Source: Mustelus asterias
Lineage: Eukaryota
NCBI RefSeq assembly: GCF_964213995.1
Contig: NW_027590701.1
Location: forward strand, 62,001 to 126,000
Direction of reading: 5' to 3'
Length of the DNA stretch: 64,000 bases
Part shown: one piece after another, positions 11,860-24,162 of the stretch
How the letters are laid out: every line of letters begins with the position of its first letter
Numbering within the stretch: the first letter of the stretch is position 1
Made by a program: the position numbers and the translations under genes
Notes under the pieces: generated by a model
Seen by the model: the letters and a program-made list of their open reading frames with translations, nothing else
The model's database searches: none
What the model was told of the DNA's origin: nothing

Positions 11860-12497
11860 TGTTGTGGGAAATTTACCACTTCGGAGTCAGACTTGGAGGT
11901 TCAACAAAACAGTTTTATTTCGGACAAAGCTTTGGGAGAAAGCACTGGTACTCCGCAGTACTTGGCAGCGACCTTCTCAACTACACAATGGTAGTTGACC
12001 ATCTTTATATCTTTTAGACAATAGATAGTACGGACATTAGCCGTTAATACATCGTTACAAGTTGAGTAGGCAGATACGGACATCAACAGTTAACACATCG
12101 TTACAAGCAGACAGGTACGGACATGGACAGTTAACACATCATTATACATAGAATGGATACATTTATGCAGTTATGTCCTCTATCAATGACTGGTTTCGAC
12201 ATATACATTTATGTATTTATGTCTCCATCGGTGGCTGATCTCGTTATATTTATGCATTTATGTCCCCATCAGTGGCGGATCTTATTATCAAACTCATTGT
12301 TCTGGGTCTGCTCTTATCTCAAGTCTTAAAGTGCTCCAGGTCTGACCAGCTTCCTGCAGCAATTCAGATACTGCAGGTTTTAACTCTTTGTGTAACTGTC
12401 TGTGCCCAAAGCCAGTGCCTTTTAATGTCCCTTCCCAGAGTCCATTTTGTGTGCCAGGTAACCATTTTGTGTCCATCATTTTAATTTCACCATAACA
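11860..12497 (-). mobile_element. Solo LTR (638 bp)
   Basis: Imperfect inverted termini TGTTGTGGGAAATT...AATTTCACCATAACA and 4-bp TSD gttg (11856-11859, 12498-12501). Minus-strand TATA (~12005) and AATAAA (~11915); internal degenerate tandem repeats. Confidence 0.75.
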
Positions 12498-13418
12498 GTT
12501 GCGTTCCACATTCTTGTTCCACACCCGATATTTTAGATTCCCTTATCCAACAACAGTTGGTATAAAGGCAAAATTCTGCTGTTGTTGGAATGTGAAACAA
12601 AAACAGAAAATGCTGGACAATCTCAACAAGTCTGACATCATCTGTAAAGAGAGAATAGAGACAGCATTTTGAGTCAGGATGACTCTTTGTCAGAGGTGAA
12701 GACAAGGAAAATCGGACAAACTTTATCCTGTGAGGGTCAAGAATTGGGAAGCAATCTATTAAACCTCCTCTGAACCACCCTCAATGCATTTGTATCATTT
12801 CATAAATAGGAGACAAAGCTGCACCGAGTGTTCAAGATGCAGTCTCAGAAACGCCCTGTATAACTGAAGCAGAACATCTTTACTCCGATGTTCAATTTCT
12901 CTCGTAATAAAGGATAACATTCCATTTGTCAGAACTTTGATTTATTTGAACTAAGATTTATGGGGGTTCTCTTGTTTACAATAACCTCCCTAATCGTAAA
13001 TCACACCAGGTTCCAGTGTCTCAACCATATGGCAAGAAAGAATGGTGAATTCAGAAAGTTTATTAATCATTAAAAATGTAACAAGTCAGAACGATAAAAG
13101 GCAAAGTATCGATTAACAGTTAATCGAGAAAGTTTAACTTTAACAATTGAACAGACTTCTCTCCATCCCTCTCAGACCAGGACATGAAGTGACGGCTCCA
13201 AAAACGTGGATAACTTGTGAAACCAACAGCTCTCCACACCTCTCTGTAAACATCTCTCCCTCCACCTCTCTCTACCAAATTGCCTTCTCAAGATCACTTT
13301 TTTATACTTTAAAAATGCCGAAAGTCCATCTTAGCCAATTCCCATAAATCTTCAATTATAAACTAAAATAGACACGAGTTTTCAGATGATTTGAAAAGAA
13401 ATGAACTGTCTGCTGAAA

Positions 13419-14330
13419 AGAACATAAGAAATAGGAGCAGGAGTAGGCCATCTAGCCCCTCGAGCCTGCCCCGCCACTCAACAAGATCATGGCTGATCTG
13501 ACGTGGATCAGTACCACTTACCCGCCTGATCCCCATAACCCTTAATTCCCTTACCGATCAGGAATCCATCCATCCGCGCTTTAAACATATTCAGCGAGGT
13601 AGCCTCCACCACCTCAGTGGGCAGAGAATTCCAGAGATTCACCACCCTCTGGGAGAAGAAGTTCCTCCTCAACTCTGTCTTAAACCGACCCCCCTTTATT
13701 TTGAAGCTGTGTCCTCTAGTTTTAACTTCCTTACTAAGTGGAAAGAATCTCTCCGCCTCCACCCTATCCAGCCCCCGCATTATCTTATAAGTCTCCATAA
13801 GATCCCCCCTCATCCTTCTAAACTCCAACGAGTACAAACCCAATCTCCTCAGCCTCTCCTCATAATCCAAACCCCTCATCTCCGGTATCAACCTGGTGAA
13901 CCTTCTCTGCACTCCCTCCAATGCCAATATATCCTTCCTCATATAAGGGGACCAATACTGCACACAGTATTCCAGCTGCGGCCTCACCAATGCCCTGTAC
14001 AGGTGCATCAAGACATCCCTGCTTTTATATTCTATCCCCCTCGCAATATAGGCCAACATCCCATTTGCCTTCTTGATCACCTGTTGTACCTGCAGACTGG
14101 GCTTTTGCGTCTCATGCACAAGGACCCCCAGGTCCCTTTGCACGGTAGCATGTTTTAATTTGTTTCCATTGAGATAGTAATCCCATTTGTTATTATTTCC
14201 TCCAAAGTGTATAACCTCGCATTTCTCAACGTTATACTCCATTTGCCATATCCTCGCCCACTCACTCAGCCTGTCCAAATCTCTCTGCAGATCTTCTCCG
14301 TCCTCCACACGATTCACTTTTCCACTTATC
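13419..14330 (-). mobile_element. Young 5'-truncated CR1-like LINE
   Basis: Uninterrupted ORF2 C-terminus (within ORF 13508..14413). The empty site is visible in the paralogous segment at ~40855. Confidence 0.93.
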
Positions 14331-14687
14331 TTTGTGTTAACTTTTCTACAGAACCTAAAGGGATGGGGAGTGAGCAGAAAGAAATTGGCCCACAATAATA
14401 CCACTTTATACAAGTATAAAAATCAAAACAAACTCCATTGTAAACTTCAGCTCTTAATTTTTTTGTTATATTCCACAACCTAATTATTTTTATTTGATCA
14501 GTTTTGTTAGGGATGGGTAACTTCTGTTCTTTATAAACTGGTTCACTCATTTTGTTTATTCTACATGGGCTCAGAGAATCAGAACCCAGACTTTATCATC
14601 CTTATCCTTTTTCTCCCTTTGCCACCACTCCCTCTGTTTTGCGGGAGGGTCGTGGGGATTCCAATCAGAACTAATCATTTTATCATA

Positions 14688-14865
14688 AAAGTAAAATACT
14701 GCGGATGCTGGAATCTGAAACAAAAACAGAAAATGCTGGAAAATGTCAGCAGGTCTGACAGCTTCTGTGGGGACAGAATAGAGCCAATGTTTCAGGTATG
14801 GATGACCCTTCATAAGAGCTGTTATGAAATGTCTTCCAGACTCGAAATGTTGGCTCTATTCTCTA
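14688..14865. mobile_element. Penelope-like family 2 terminus with inverted arm (paralog 41213-41390; related 12583-12700, 30765-30950)
   Basis: atgctggaatctgaaacaaaaacagaaaatgctgg...agaatagagccaatgttt / aaatgttggctctattct hairpin. Confidence 0.7.
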
Positions 14866-16372
14866 ATAATTTTATCGATAAGTTTCTTGTTCTTAGTTTC
14901 CAAATAGCAGGTAAGAGACCTGTCCGGTCCCCACTCAAGTTCTGATTTTTTCACTGGCCATGCTTGGGTCAGTTTATAACCATTAGAATCTACTCAGAGG
15001 TCTGCTTTTCAGTCCAGTGCTATTTGGAGTATACCGTTACTTCACCGACTAACGGGTCACATGTCCCTCACAGTTCTTATCACAAATTTGGGATAAAATA
15101 ATTTAAACAATGCCTGAGAACGATTTTTAACTTCTTAACCAACTATCTGCCACTGTTTGTTGATTCGTCAGACCTCCTCTTCACAGATTCGGGTATCTCA
15201 GCCACTGAACACCAGCCGGTCCTGGAATAAGATTCATTCTAACTCATTCTGAGTAAATATTCTCACCAGGTCCTCTGTTGGGGCCCTGCTAAGCAGCTTT
15301 AATGGTCCGTGATTGCAGAAACTGAGCAGTCACAGGAATGTGGTCAAGATAGTCCAGTCCCATAATGCCTCACATTCAATCTGCAGTCCTTCAATTATAA
15401 CAGAATATGTGGCTGTATGTAGCTGCCTCGGCCATGGTCAACCCCAACACTGCCTTCTTGAACTGCTACAATGCCTGAGGTGTACGTACACCCACAGTGC
15501 TGTTAGGGAGGGATTTCCAGCTACACATTCCAGACTTTCACTGGACTGTAGGTGGATACCAGGTTGACATATTCCATTCAACCACTCCCAAGGTGAGTTA
15601 TTCCAATTCCTTTATTGTCCAGGACCAGATATTCACAATATCTTTAAAACAGGAATTAAACATTCCCATTTGGTTTCAGGTCTTAACATATTCTGTTAGT
15701 TTGTTCTTTATTGTTAATGTCAGGCTGGGGTTGTTCCTCTTGGAGCAAAGGAGGTTGAGGGGAGATTTGATAGAGGTGGACAAGATTCTGGCAGGTGCAG
15801 ATAAGGTGGACAAAGAAAAGCTGTTCCCATTAGCTGATGGGACATGGACGAGGGGGACACAGATTTAAAGTTTCAGGTCAGAGATGTAGGGAGGGATGTG
15901 AGGAAGAATATTTTGATGCAGCGAATGGTAATGACCTGGAACTCGCTGCCTACAAGGGTGGAGGAAATGGAGACAATAAACAATTACAAAGGAAATTGGA
16001 TGGGCATCTGGGGGAGTTTCAAACAGAAATGCTGACTAAATATCTCTGAATTTCCTAACACCGTGTCACTCTGTGATCCTTGTGAAATTTAAAACAAGGT
16101 ATTCGCAACAAGACTCAAAGAACATCAGCTCACTGGAGGCAAAGTTGTGAGACCGGCCAGTCCAGCAGAAAGAAACCCTCCGACCCTCCCCATTGACTAA
16201 CTGTGAGAATGAACAAAATGCAGTCCTGGATGTAATTGAGAGCAGAAACAATAACAGCAGAATCCAACCCCTGTGAACTTGTTGGTGCCTCAGCAGCTGT
16301 GATGAAATTCTGAACACTTTTTATACACTGAGCAGGTGGACAGTTTCTCCCCAGTGTAACTTCACTGATGTC

Positions 16373-17275
16373 TCAACAGGTGGGATAACTGAGTGAATTC
16401 CTTCCCACACTGAGAGCAGGTGAATGGTCTCTCCCCATGTGAATTTGCTGGTGTCTCTGCAGGTTGGACAACTGACTGAAACCCTTCCCACACTGAGAGC
16501 AAGTAAATGGCCTCTCCCCAGTATGAACTCGCTGGTGTCTCCGCAGGTGGGATGACTGAGTGAATCTCTTCCCACACTGAGAGCAGGTGAACGGCCTCTC
16601 TCCAGTGTGAACTCGCTGGTGTTTCTGCTGGGTGGATAACTGACTGAAACCCTTCCCACACTGAGAGCAGGTAAATGGCCTCTCCCCAGTGTGAACTCGC
16701 TGGTGTGTCCGCAGCTCGGATGACCGAGTGAATCTCTTCCCACACTGAGAGCAGGTGAATGGCCTCTCCCCAGTGTGAACTCGCTGGTGTGTCCGCAGGT
16801 CGGATGACCGAGTGAATCCCTTCCCACACTGAGAGCAGGTGAATGGCCTCTCCCCGGTGTGAACGTGCTGATGTGTCCGCAGGTCGGATGACCGAGTGAA
16901 TCTCTTCCCACAACGAGAGCAGATGAATGGCCTCTCCCCAGTGTGAATTCGCATGTGTGTCCATAGATTGGATAACTGGTTGAATCCCTTCCTACACCGA
17001 GAGCAGATAAACAGCCTCTCCCCAGTGTGAATTCGCTGGTGTCTCTGCAAAGTGGATAACACAGTGAATCCCTTTCCACACTGAGAGCAGGTGAACGGTC
17101 TCTCTCCGGTGTGAACTCGCTTGTGTGACTGCAGGCTGGGCAACAGAGCGAATCCCTCCCCACACTGAGAGCAGATGAATGGCCTCTCCCCAGTGTGGCT
17201 GCGCCGATGAGCATCCAGCAGAGAGGGGGCTCTGTATCTCTTTCCACAGTCTGCACATTTCCATGGTTTCTCCAT
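16373..17275 (-). CDS. C2H2 zinc-finger protein ZNF-4, 10 intact fingers then a frameshift and decayed C-terminal fingers
   Basis: ATG at 17275. A 1-bp deletion at ~16437 (cacatgggg) shifts the frame; remains of further fingers run to ~16275. May be a pseudogene. Confidence 0.8.
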   Translation of the reverse strand: MEKPWKCADCGKRYRAPSLLDAHRRSHTGERPFICSQCGEGFALLPSLQSHKRVHTGERPFTCSQCGKGFTVLSTLQRHQRIHTGERLFICSRCRKGFNQLSNLWTHMRIHTGERPFICSRCGKRFTRSSDLRTHQHVHTGERPFTCSQCGKGFTRSSDLRTHQRVHTGERPFTCSQCGKRFTRSSELRTHQRVHTGERPFTCSQCGKGFSQLSTQQKHQRVHTGERPFTCSQCGKRFTQSSHLRRHQRVHTGERPFTCSQCGKGFSQLSNLQRHQQIHMGRDHSPALSVGRNSLSYPTC

Positions 17276-17809
17276 GGTGCAGGTGTCCTTGCCTCTCCCT
17301 TGGGTGGACAATCAGTTGAAGCCTCACACAGAACACGGGTACAGTCTCTCCCTGCTGTGAATGGTGATATTTATTCAGGCTGTGTAACTGGTTAAAGCTC
17401 TTTAGTCAGTGCTCTGGAACACTCTCACTCGGGTGTGGCAGTGTGTTGCTGCTTTTCCATTCACTGATGGCCGAAGTATTTTCAAATCGAAGTGGAAGGT
17501 TTAATCTGAAGCTCAGTGGCCAACTTCCGCATTGAGACGTCACAATAGAGCGCTGCCTGAATCAGCCAATAGGAATTACTCGGCTCCGCAGTGACGTGTC
17601 GGGGTTCCATGGCGCAGGCCCGGCTCGCGGACCCGGGAGCCCCGCCCCCGCCCATTGTTCCCCTCCCCCTGCACCTCCTCCAGCCACGGTTTCCAGGCAA
17701 CCGGCTGGCGGCTCCGGCCAGAGCGAGAAGCCGCTCGGTGAGCTCCCCCTCCCCCCTCTCTCTCCTGCGGCTCCAAAAAGAGATCGAGAGCGACCGCTGG
17801 CGGCAGCCG

Positions 17810-17942
17810 CACTGCGCCTGCTCCGGACAGCTCAGCTCAGCAGCGCTCTCTGCGCCTGCTCCGGACAGCTGGGCTCAGCAGCGCTCTCTGCACCTGCTCC
17901 GGACAGCTGGGCTCAGCGCTCTCTGCGCCTGCGCGCTGGGCT
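17810..17942. repeat. GC-rich minisatellite, ~38-bp unit x3-4
   Basis: tgcgcctgctccggacagctgggctcagcagcgctctc repeated. Confidence 0.9.
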
Positions 17943-18046
17943 GCCAGCTGAGGGAGTGGGGGAGCGGACTTTGCAAAATCACTTCCCATCATTTTCTTCC
18001 AAGTCCCGCAGTTTGATTTGAAACAGAACAGCTTCTGTTTGGAGCC

Positions 18047-18270
18047 TCACCACAGACTCAAACTTCACACACAGACTCAAACTTCACCACAGACTCAAAC
18101 TTCACACACAGACTCAAACTTCACCACAGACTCAAACTTCACACACAGACTCAAACTTCACCACAGACTCAAACTTCACCACAGACTCAAACTTCACCAC
18201 AGACTCAAACTTCACACACAGACTCAAACTTCACCACAGACTCAAACTTCACACACAGACTCCAACTTCA
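18047..18270. repeat. Minisatellite of 18/20-bp units cacagactcaaacttcac(ac), ~12 copies
   Basis: Directly visible tandem array. Confidence 0.95.
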
Positions 18271-18636
18271 TCCTCTGGACAACATCTGTGAGGAAAACAC
18301 TTTCTTTCTCCCCCTGGGAAATACAGAGACAGAGAAATTCTCTGGAACTGGAATTAGAGCCAAATATACTGAGGGGGAAATGTTTGTGATTTTGTGGAAC
18401 CTGTTTTTATTGTCTGAGCTTTTTAAAGTGTAATTTATCCTGTCTATTCAAATAGTGTTTCTTAATGCATGATCAGTGATGTTAATTTTAGATTAATTTT
18501 TAAAGTAAATTTTAAAAAAAATGAAACATTGTCTTTCAGTTTATTCCATTGGGATTTGTGGGAATGTGTTTATTATAAGGTGATCATGAGGATCGTAACA
18601 ACATTGATATGTCTGGTGTTGGTGCATATGATGTAG

Positions 18637-18832
18637 AGATGCCGGTGTTGGACTGGGGTAAACACAGTAAGAAGTCTCACAACACCTGGTTAAAGTCCAA
18701 CAGGTTTATTTGGAATCACGAGCTTTCAGCGTGCTGCTCCTTCTCACCTGATGAAGGGGCAGTTCTCTGAAAGCTTGTGATTCCTAATAAACCTGTTGGA
18801 CTTTAACCTGGTGTTGTGATACTTCTTACTAT
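18637..18832. mobile_element. Penelope-like inverted terminus pair (family 1)
   Basis: 18665-18743 is the reverse complement of 18752-18830; hammerhead core at 18745-18779. Confidence 0.8.
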
Positions 18833-19859
18833 ATGGTGCATATTAGGTATATTATTTATGGATTTGTATTACAGTTGTTGTTTAATTCCAGAATAGTATT
18901 GTAACTACACTGTATATTTTCCAGTCAAAGAGTCAGCAGAGCACAAGATAAATCAATTCAGCAGCTTGAGTCCGTGCCAAGTCTCTGTCGGGGAATCCAC
19001 TCAGTGTCATTTTTCCTCGATATCCCTGTTCCCCAGTACGTTTAATTCCTTCAAGTGCCCGACCAATTTTATTTTGAAATCACTGGTCGTCTCCACTTCC
19101 ACCACTCTCATCATCAGTGAGTTCCAGAACATGATTGCTTGCTCCCCAAGTCAAGTTCTTCCGCACCCATCTGTATCTCTAATCATGTAATAGAGTTCTG
19201 AATATTGCATACATTTTTAGTTCACTAAATATGCAATTTTTTTATATGCTTAGACACAAGCCCGTGTGAAGATTTCAGGAATATGTGTCCTGTACATGAA
19301 ACAGTCAGCACGGATCTGTCGATTAGGATGAATCAGCACCCTCAGGACAATGTCTATTTCAGGTCCAGCAAAGTGAGAATGGAGGGAGAGTGTTTGGGAT
19401 GGAGATTTACACATTTTCAAGAATGAGAGGAAAGAATGATCCACAGAAACTAGAATTGTCTGTTCTGAGTTTTTATCCTGTACTGACAGCATTGATTTTT
19501 GTGAATTTCTTTCACAGGCTATTAGAAGGGGAGAATTTACAGACACAAATCTCAACAAACATGACGTTAGGATCTAACAGAGTCACCCAATTATTCAGGA
19601 TCTGAATACCATCGGCATTTGAAACTAGAATGGGAAATGTTTGTCTGTCCCTTCAAACTGTTTAAACATCAGTGTGACTGGAAAATCACTGAGACACATT
19701 CACTCGAGTGAGAGTATTCCAGTGAACTGACTGTGGAAAGAGCTTCAACCAGTTACACAGCCTGGAAAAGATCGAAGGATTCACAGTGAGGAGAGACCAT
19801 GTATGTGTTAACTGTGGGGTCAAACCTTCATCTGAACCTGGAGATGTACAAAGACACTC

Positions 19860-20795
19860 AGACCATAGAAATGTAGGCACTGTGGGAAGGGATTCAATTG
19901 CCCCTCGAAGCTGGAAACCCTTCGATGCAGCCACACTGTGGAGACACCGTTCACCTGCTCTGAGTTTGGAAGGGGATTTCGTGATTCATCCACCCGGAGG
20001 AATCACCAGCGACTTCACATCAGGGAGAGGCCATTCACCTGCTCTGAGTGTGGGAAGAAATTCAGCGATTCGTCTGCCCTGCTGACACACCAGCGGGTTC
20101 ACAATGGGGAGAGACCATTCACCTGTTGTGTGTGTGGAAAGGGATTCACTCAGTCATCTGCCCTGCAGAACCACCAGCGATTTCACACGGGTGAGGGACT
20201 GTTCCCCTGCTCAGAGCGTGGGAAGGGATTCACTCACTCATCCCTCCCGCTGTCAAACCAACGCATTCACACTGGGCCGAGGCCATTTATCTGCTCCGAG
20301 TGTGGGAAGGGATTCACTCAATTATCTAGTCTGCTGAGACACAAAGGATTACACACTGGGGAAAGGCCATTCATCTGATGTGTGTGTGGGAAGTGACTCA
20401 GTGAATCATCCAGTCTGCTGGAATACTGAGGCACCTCCCCCAATAAGAAACCTGTTAAATGCTCTGACTGTGGGAGCTGCTTTAAAACCTGAGCCTGCCT
20501 CAGGGTCGACCAGCGCATTCACACTGAGGAGACCCCGTTCAGGCACTCTCACTGCAAAGAGGTTCAAAACATCATCTGACCTACTGAAACATCAGGGAAT
20601 TCACACTGGGGAGAGACCCTGATCATTCCCACTCACTTTCAGCGATTTATCATAAAACCTACCAGATTGGAAGCTTCTGCCTGAAATTTTATTTTCCCTT
20701 CGTTTCCAAACTGAGACCATTCACCTGCTCAGTGTGTGGGAAAGGATTCACTTGTTCACCCAAACTGCTGACACACCGTGGCAGTCACACCGATT
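19860..20795 (+). pseudogene. Degenerate C2H2 zinc-finger pseudogene ZNF-5
   Basis: Finger repeats in ORF 19938..20378. No intact start, TGA at a Cys codon (~20376), frameshifts and a 100-bp insertion at 20619-20718. Confidence 0.88.
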
Positions 20796-21984
20796 AGTGA
20801 TCTTTTGGATGCTCTGACTGTGGCTGTTAATTATATCAATAAGTTAAGGTTAAGTTTATTCAGATGGAGGGCACTGATTAGATAGTTATAATGAGCAGGT
20901 AAAAAGTGGGACTCACTAATATAGCTTGGAGTCAGAGTTGAACCTGTAATGTTTGATTCTGTGAACAAATCTGTCCCAAATAAAGATTGACTCCACCCCA
21001 AGGCTGTCAGGATTATAACAAGGTAACAGAAAATGCTTGTCTAATGGTGAAGGTTGGAAACTAAAAGAAAGTATATTTCAGACGGAAGCTTCCAATCCCA
21101 GCAGCTTTTGTGAGAAATGACTGAAAGGCAGTGGGAATTGTCAGGGTCTGATTACCTGCTGATGCTCTCGGAGTCTGAACCATACAACCAGTGGAAGAAT
21201 GAAGTGGCGATGTGGACACGGGTTACATCCCGATCAAGGAGGAAACAAGATCTGGCCTTGGCACTGTCACTTCCTAACACAAGGAAAATCAGCAACAAAG
21301 CATTTTCTGATCAGCCAAACTGCAAGTTGATAACTGCACTGGCACGGATGATTCATGTAAAGAATTCACTTCAGGTGGTTGGAGGGTAGAATCCCTGTCA
21401 ATTGGTCTATGGGAGAAATCCCCAATTCCCCTCTGTGCCGGGCGATCGCCCTCCTGCTTTAAAGGGATACAATTAGTTCCATTTTCAGTCATCAATTATC
21501 TGATTGTTCCATGAAAAGAATTGCTCAAAGCAACAAATTATTGGAGATACCAGAAGAGGGTTTCTTCATGTGTAACATTTGGGTTGAAGAAGAAAAACCA
21601 TCTTTTTCTTCAATTTGTTTTGAAACACTGTTTGTGTGAATTTTTGCGATCCCGGTCAGGACTGTTAACGTTTGCAGAGAAATTCGAACACCCAGTGATT
21701 AACTGAAAGAATTACATCACAAGATTCCACATTTTTAAACAAAAACAAACTTTACTGTATGTTTAAATAAAATTTAAAAAGACAACACTACAAATTGAAT
21801 ACTACACTCAATAAAGATTTATGATATAAACCGAGTTCTATTTTTTTACTTCACCCCAAGAGTTTCTTTATACTTAATGATAGCTTGAAGTTTCATTCAC
21901 TTCTGGTCCTAGGACCATCCCAAAGGTATGTCAAAGCTCTCCACAATTCACTTTAATTCTCCCCAGTACACCAGATATTCTCCC

Positions 21985-22302
21985 CAGGCAGCGGGCGATC
22001 GAGGAGGCCGTCCATCCTGACTGTCTGCCCCTCTACTGCGGGTACATTCACAGCCAGGTGTCCCTGGAGAGGGAGCATGCGGTGTCCACGGGCGCGGTTG
22101 ATGCCTTCCGTGCCCGCTGGGCACCGCAGGGGTTGGGGTGCGTTATCGACCCTGATAATCACATTTTAATTTGATGTTTTTAAGTTTCCTTTGTACTTTG
22201 ATTTTTGTTCGGGCTGTTCCCCCTCCTTTTGGGGAGCTGCCCCTTTTACTTTGTCCTGACTTAATTTGAGTTTGTTTATTCGGTTTGACCTAAAAAGAGG
22301 CC
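21985..22302 (+). mobile_element. Tx1/L1-clade LINE 3' end
   Basis: Closely similar to 35945-36260; T-rich 3' UTR ending tttgacctaaaaagagg. Confidence 0.6.
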
Positions 22303-24162
22303 AAGAGTTTATGGGAGTCCATCCATTATCTTTTCACTAAACAAGCCTCCAATTTTCCTTTAAGCTCTCAAACTGTGGACTCCTCAGTCTAAACATGGGC
22401 TTCACTGCATTCTTGCTGAGGCATTTAAATGTTGGAAACACCCCTGGTTTCCAACGGTCCTCTAGGCTTCTAGTCCCACAGCTGGTTCACAGCTCCTGGT
22501 CCCAGAACTGGTGGCTTCCAAGCTGACTGCAGACTGTCCGCTGGAACCAGGTCATTGATTGGAAAGGACTCAAAGGTTCCGGGGAAAAGGCAGGAGAATG
22601 GGATTGAGATTTATCAGTCATGATCGAATGACACAGCAGATTCGATGAGCCAAATAGCCTAATTCTGCTCCTATATCTTATGGTCTAATTCTAACCAAGG
22701 CTCCACCCTGAATCACATATCTCCATGGTAACAGAGACCAGGTGGAATATCTGACAGATATTTAGCTTCAAAACTAAACCTTTTTTCCTGAGGTTTGCAT
22801 GAAGAATTAACCTAACAAAAACAGTACAATAATTGTCAGACCCAATGTCTCCAGCTAAAAGATCCAGCTGACTTTTTACAGTTCTTACTTCTCGAGTTTT
22901 GACTTCTTAAACCAACATGGGCCATGCTTTGTGACTGCGAATTCCCTGAGGGTGTTTTCATCAGATTCTCAACCCAGGTTTTCCATTTTTTAAAAGCAAT
23001 TCTTGCAACTAATTCTTATTTCTAAAACATAGGAATTATGAAATTAGATTTTTGTAACAAAAACAGGAAGAAATGAAAATGTATCACCTTCATAATATCC
23101 CATTTAGAATATTACAATATACAACATGCTGTATATCTTAACAACAGCCATGATCTTATTGAATGGTGGAGCAGGCTCGAAGGGCCACATGGCCTCCTCC
23201 TGTTCCTAAATCCACTGTTTTCCTGTGTTGATCTATCTTATAACCTGCAATAGACACAATAATCCCTCCATTGTCTACTTCACATTCACAAGTCCAGCTT
23301 GGTAACAGCACACTGCTGGGTTCCATGTCCAGGAATCTCAGTCCACTGAAGATGGAAATTACTGCTTGCAGTCTTTTCTGACGGTTTTCTTCTTACAATA
23401 ATTATAGTCCAAAGTTCCTCCTGCAAAAGGAGAGTCTTCATTGCTGTTCATTTGTGAATTTTCAAGTTCTATTTTGAAAACAGTCTGTACAGAGTTCACA
23501 TTTTGAAATTTATTTTCTTCCATGTTTGTAGTTCCTCCATTGTTTAAATCCAGAGAGAATATTCCACTCAATTCCACATTGAAACTGTTTTCTTCTTGCT
23601 CAGTTATAGCTGATTCCTTTATTGTCCAGGACAATATATTCACAATATCTTTAAAACAGAAATTAAACATTCCCATTTGATTTTAGACAGGAACATATTC
23701 TGTTCATTTGTTCTTTATTGTCAATGTCAGGCTGGTGTTGTTCTCCTTGGAGCAAAGGAGGTTGAGGGGAGATTTGATAGAGGTGGACAAGATTCTGACA
23801 GGTTTAGATAAGGTGGACAAAGAAAAGCTGTTCCCATTAGCTGAAGGGACAAGGACGAGGGGGACACAGATTTCTTGTTTCGGGTCAGAGATGCAAGCGG
23901 GGAGGGGAGATGTGAGGAAGAATATTCTGATGCAGCGAATGGTAATGACCTGAAACTCGCTGCCTACGAGGGTGGAGGAAGTGGAGACAATAAACAATTA
24001 CAAAGGAAATTGGATGGGCATTTGGGATGTTCCAAACAGAACGAAGAACAAAGAAAATTTTGTTTTCTCAAAGAAAACAAAAAAAAAACAAAAAAAAGAA
24101 CAAAGAAAATCCATCAAGACATCATTTGACTGAGTTTGGCAGAAAGGGACCGACGCAGGGTT

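Larger units (their letters stand above)
12750..16300 (+). repeat. Segmental duplication, paralog of ~38270-42740 (part inverted at 48545-49543, part at 23608-24040)
   Basis: Long shared unique sequence, e.g. near-identical spurious ORFs 15313, 41808 and 49256, and 14565/41085. Confidence 0.9.
17500..18295. promoter_or_regulatory. CpG island / divergent promoter between ZNF-4 (-) and ZNF-5 (+), with exon-1 donor
   Basis: High CpG, CCAAT, gacgtca, GC box, NRF1-like gcgcctgcgc and donor-like aacatct/gtgagg at ~18287. Confidence 0.7.

Noticed and set aside
15313-15567. Recurrent ORF MQKLSSHRNVV... (also 41808, 49256)
   Set aside because: TTG start, no domain, includes a LINE remnant; identity is explained by segmental duplication.
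18047-18270. CRISPR-like appearance of the short repeat array
   Set aside because: No unique spacers, no cas genes, eukaryotic context; it is a minisatellite.
21571-23059. Possible LTR (TGTAACA...TGTAACA)
   Set aside because: No matching TSD found; not supportable by eye.
23359-23676. 105-aa minus-strand ORF as an unrelated exon
   Set aside because: Begins in duplicated flank sequence; no recognisable domain or convincing splice sites.
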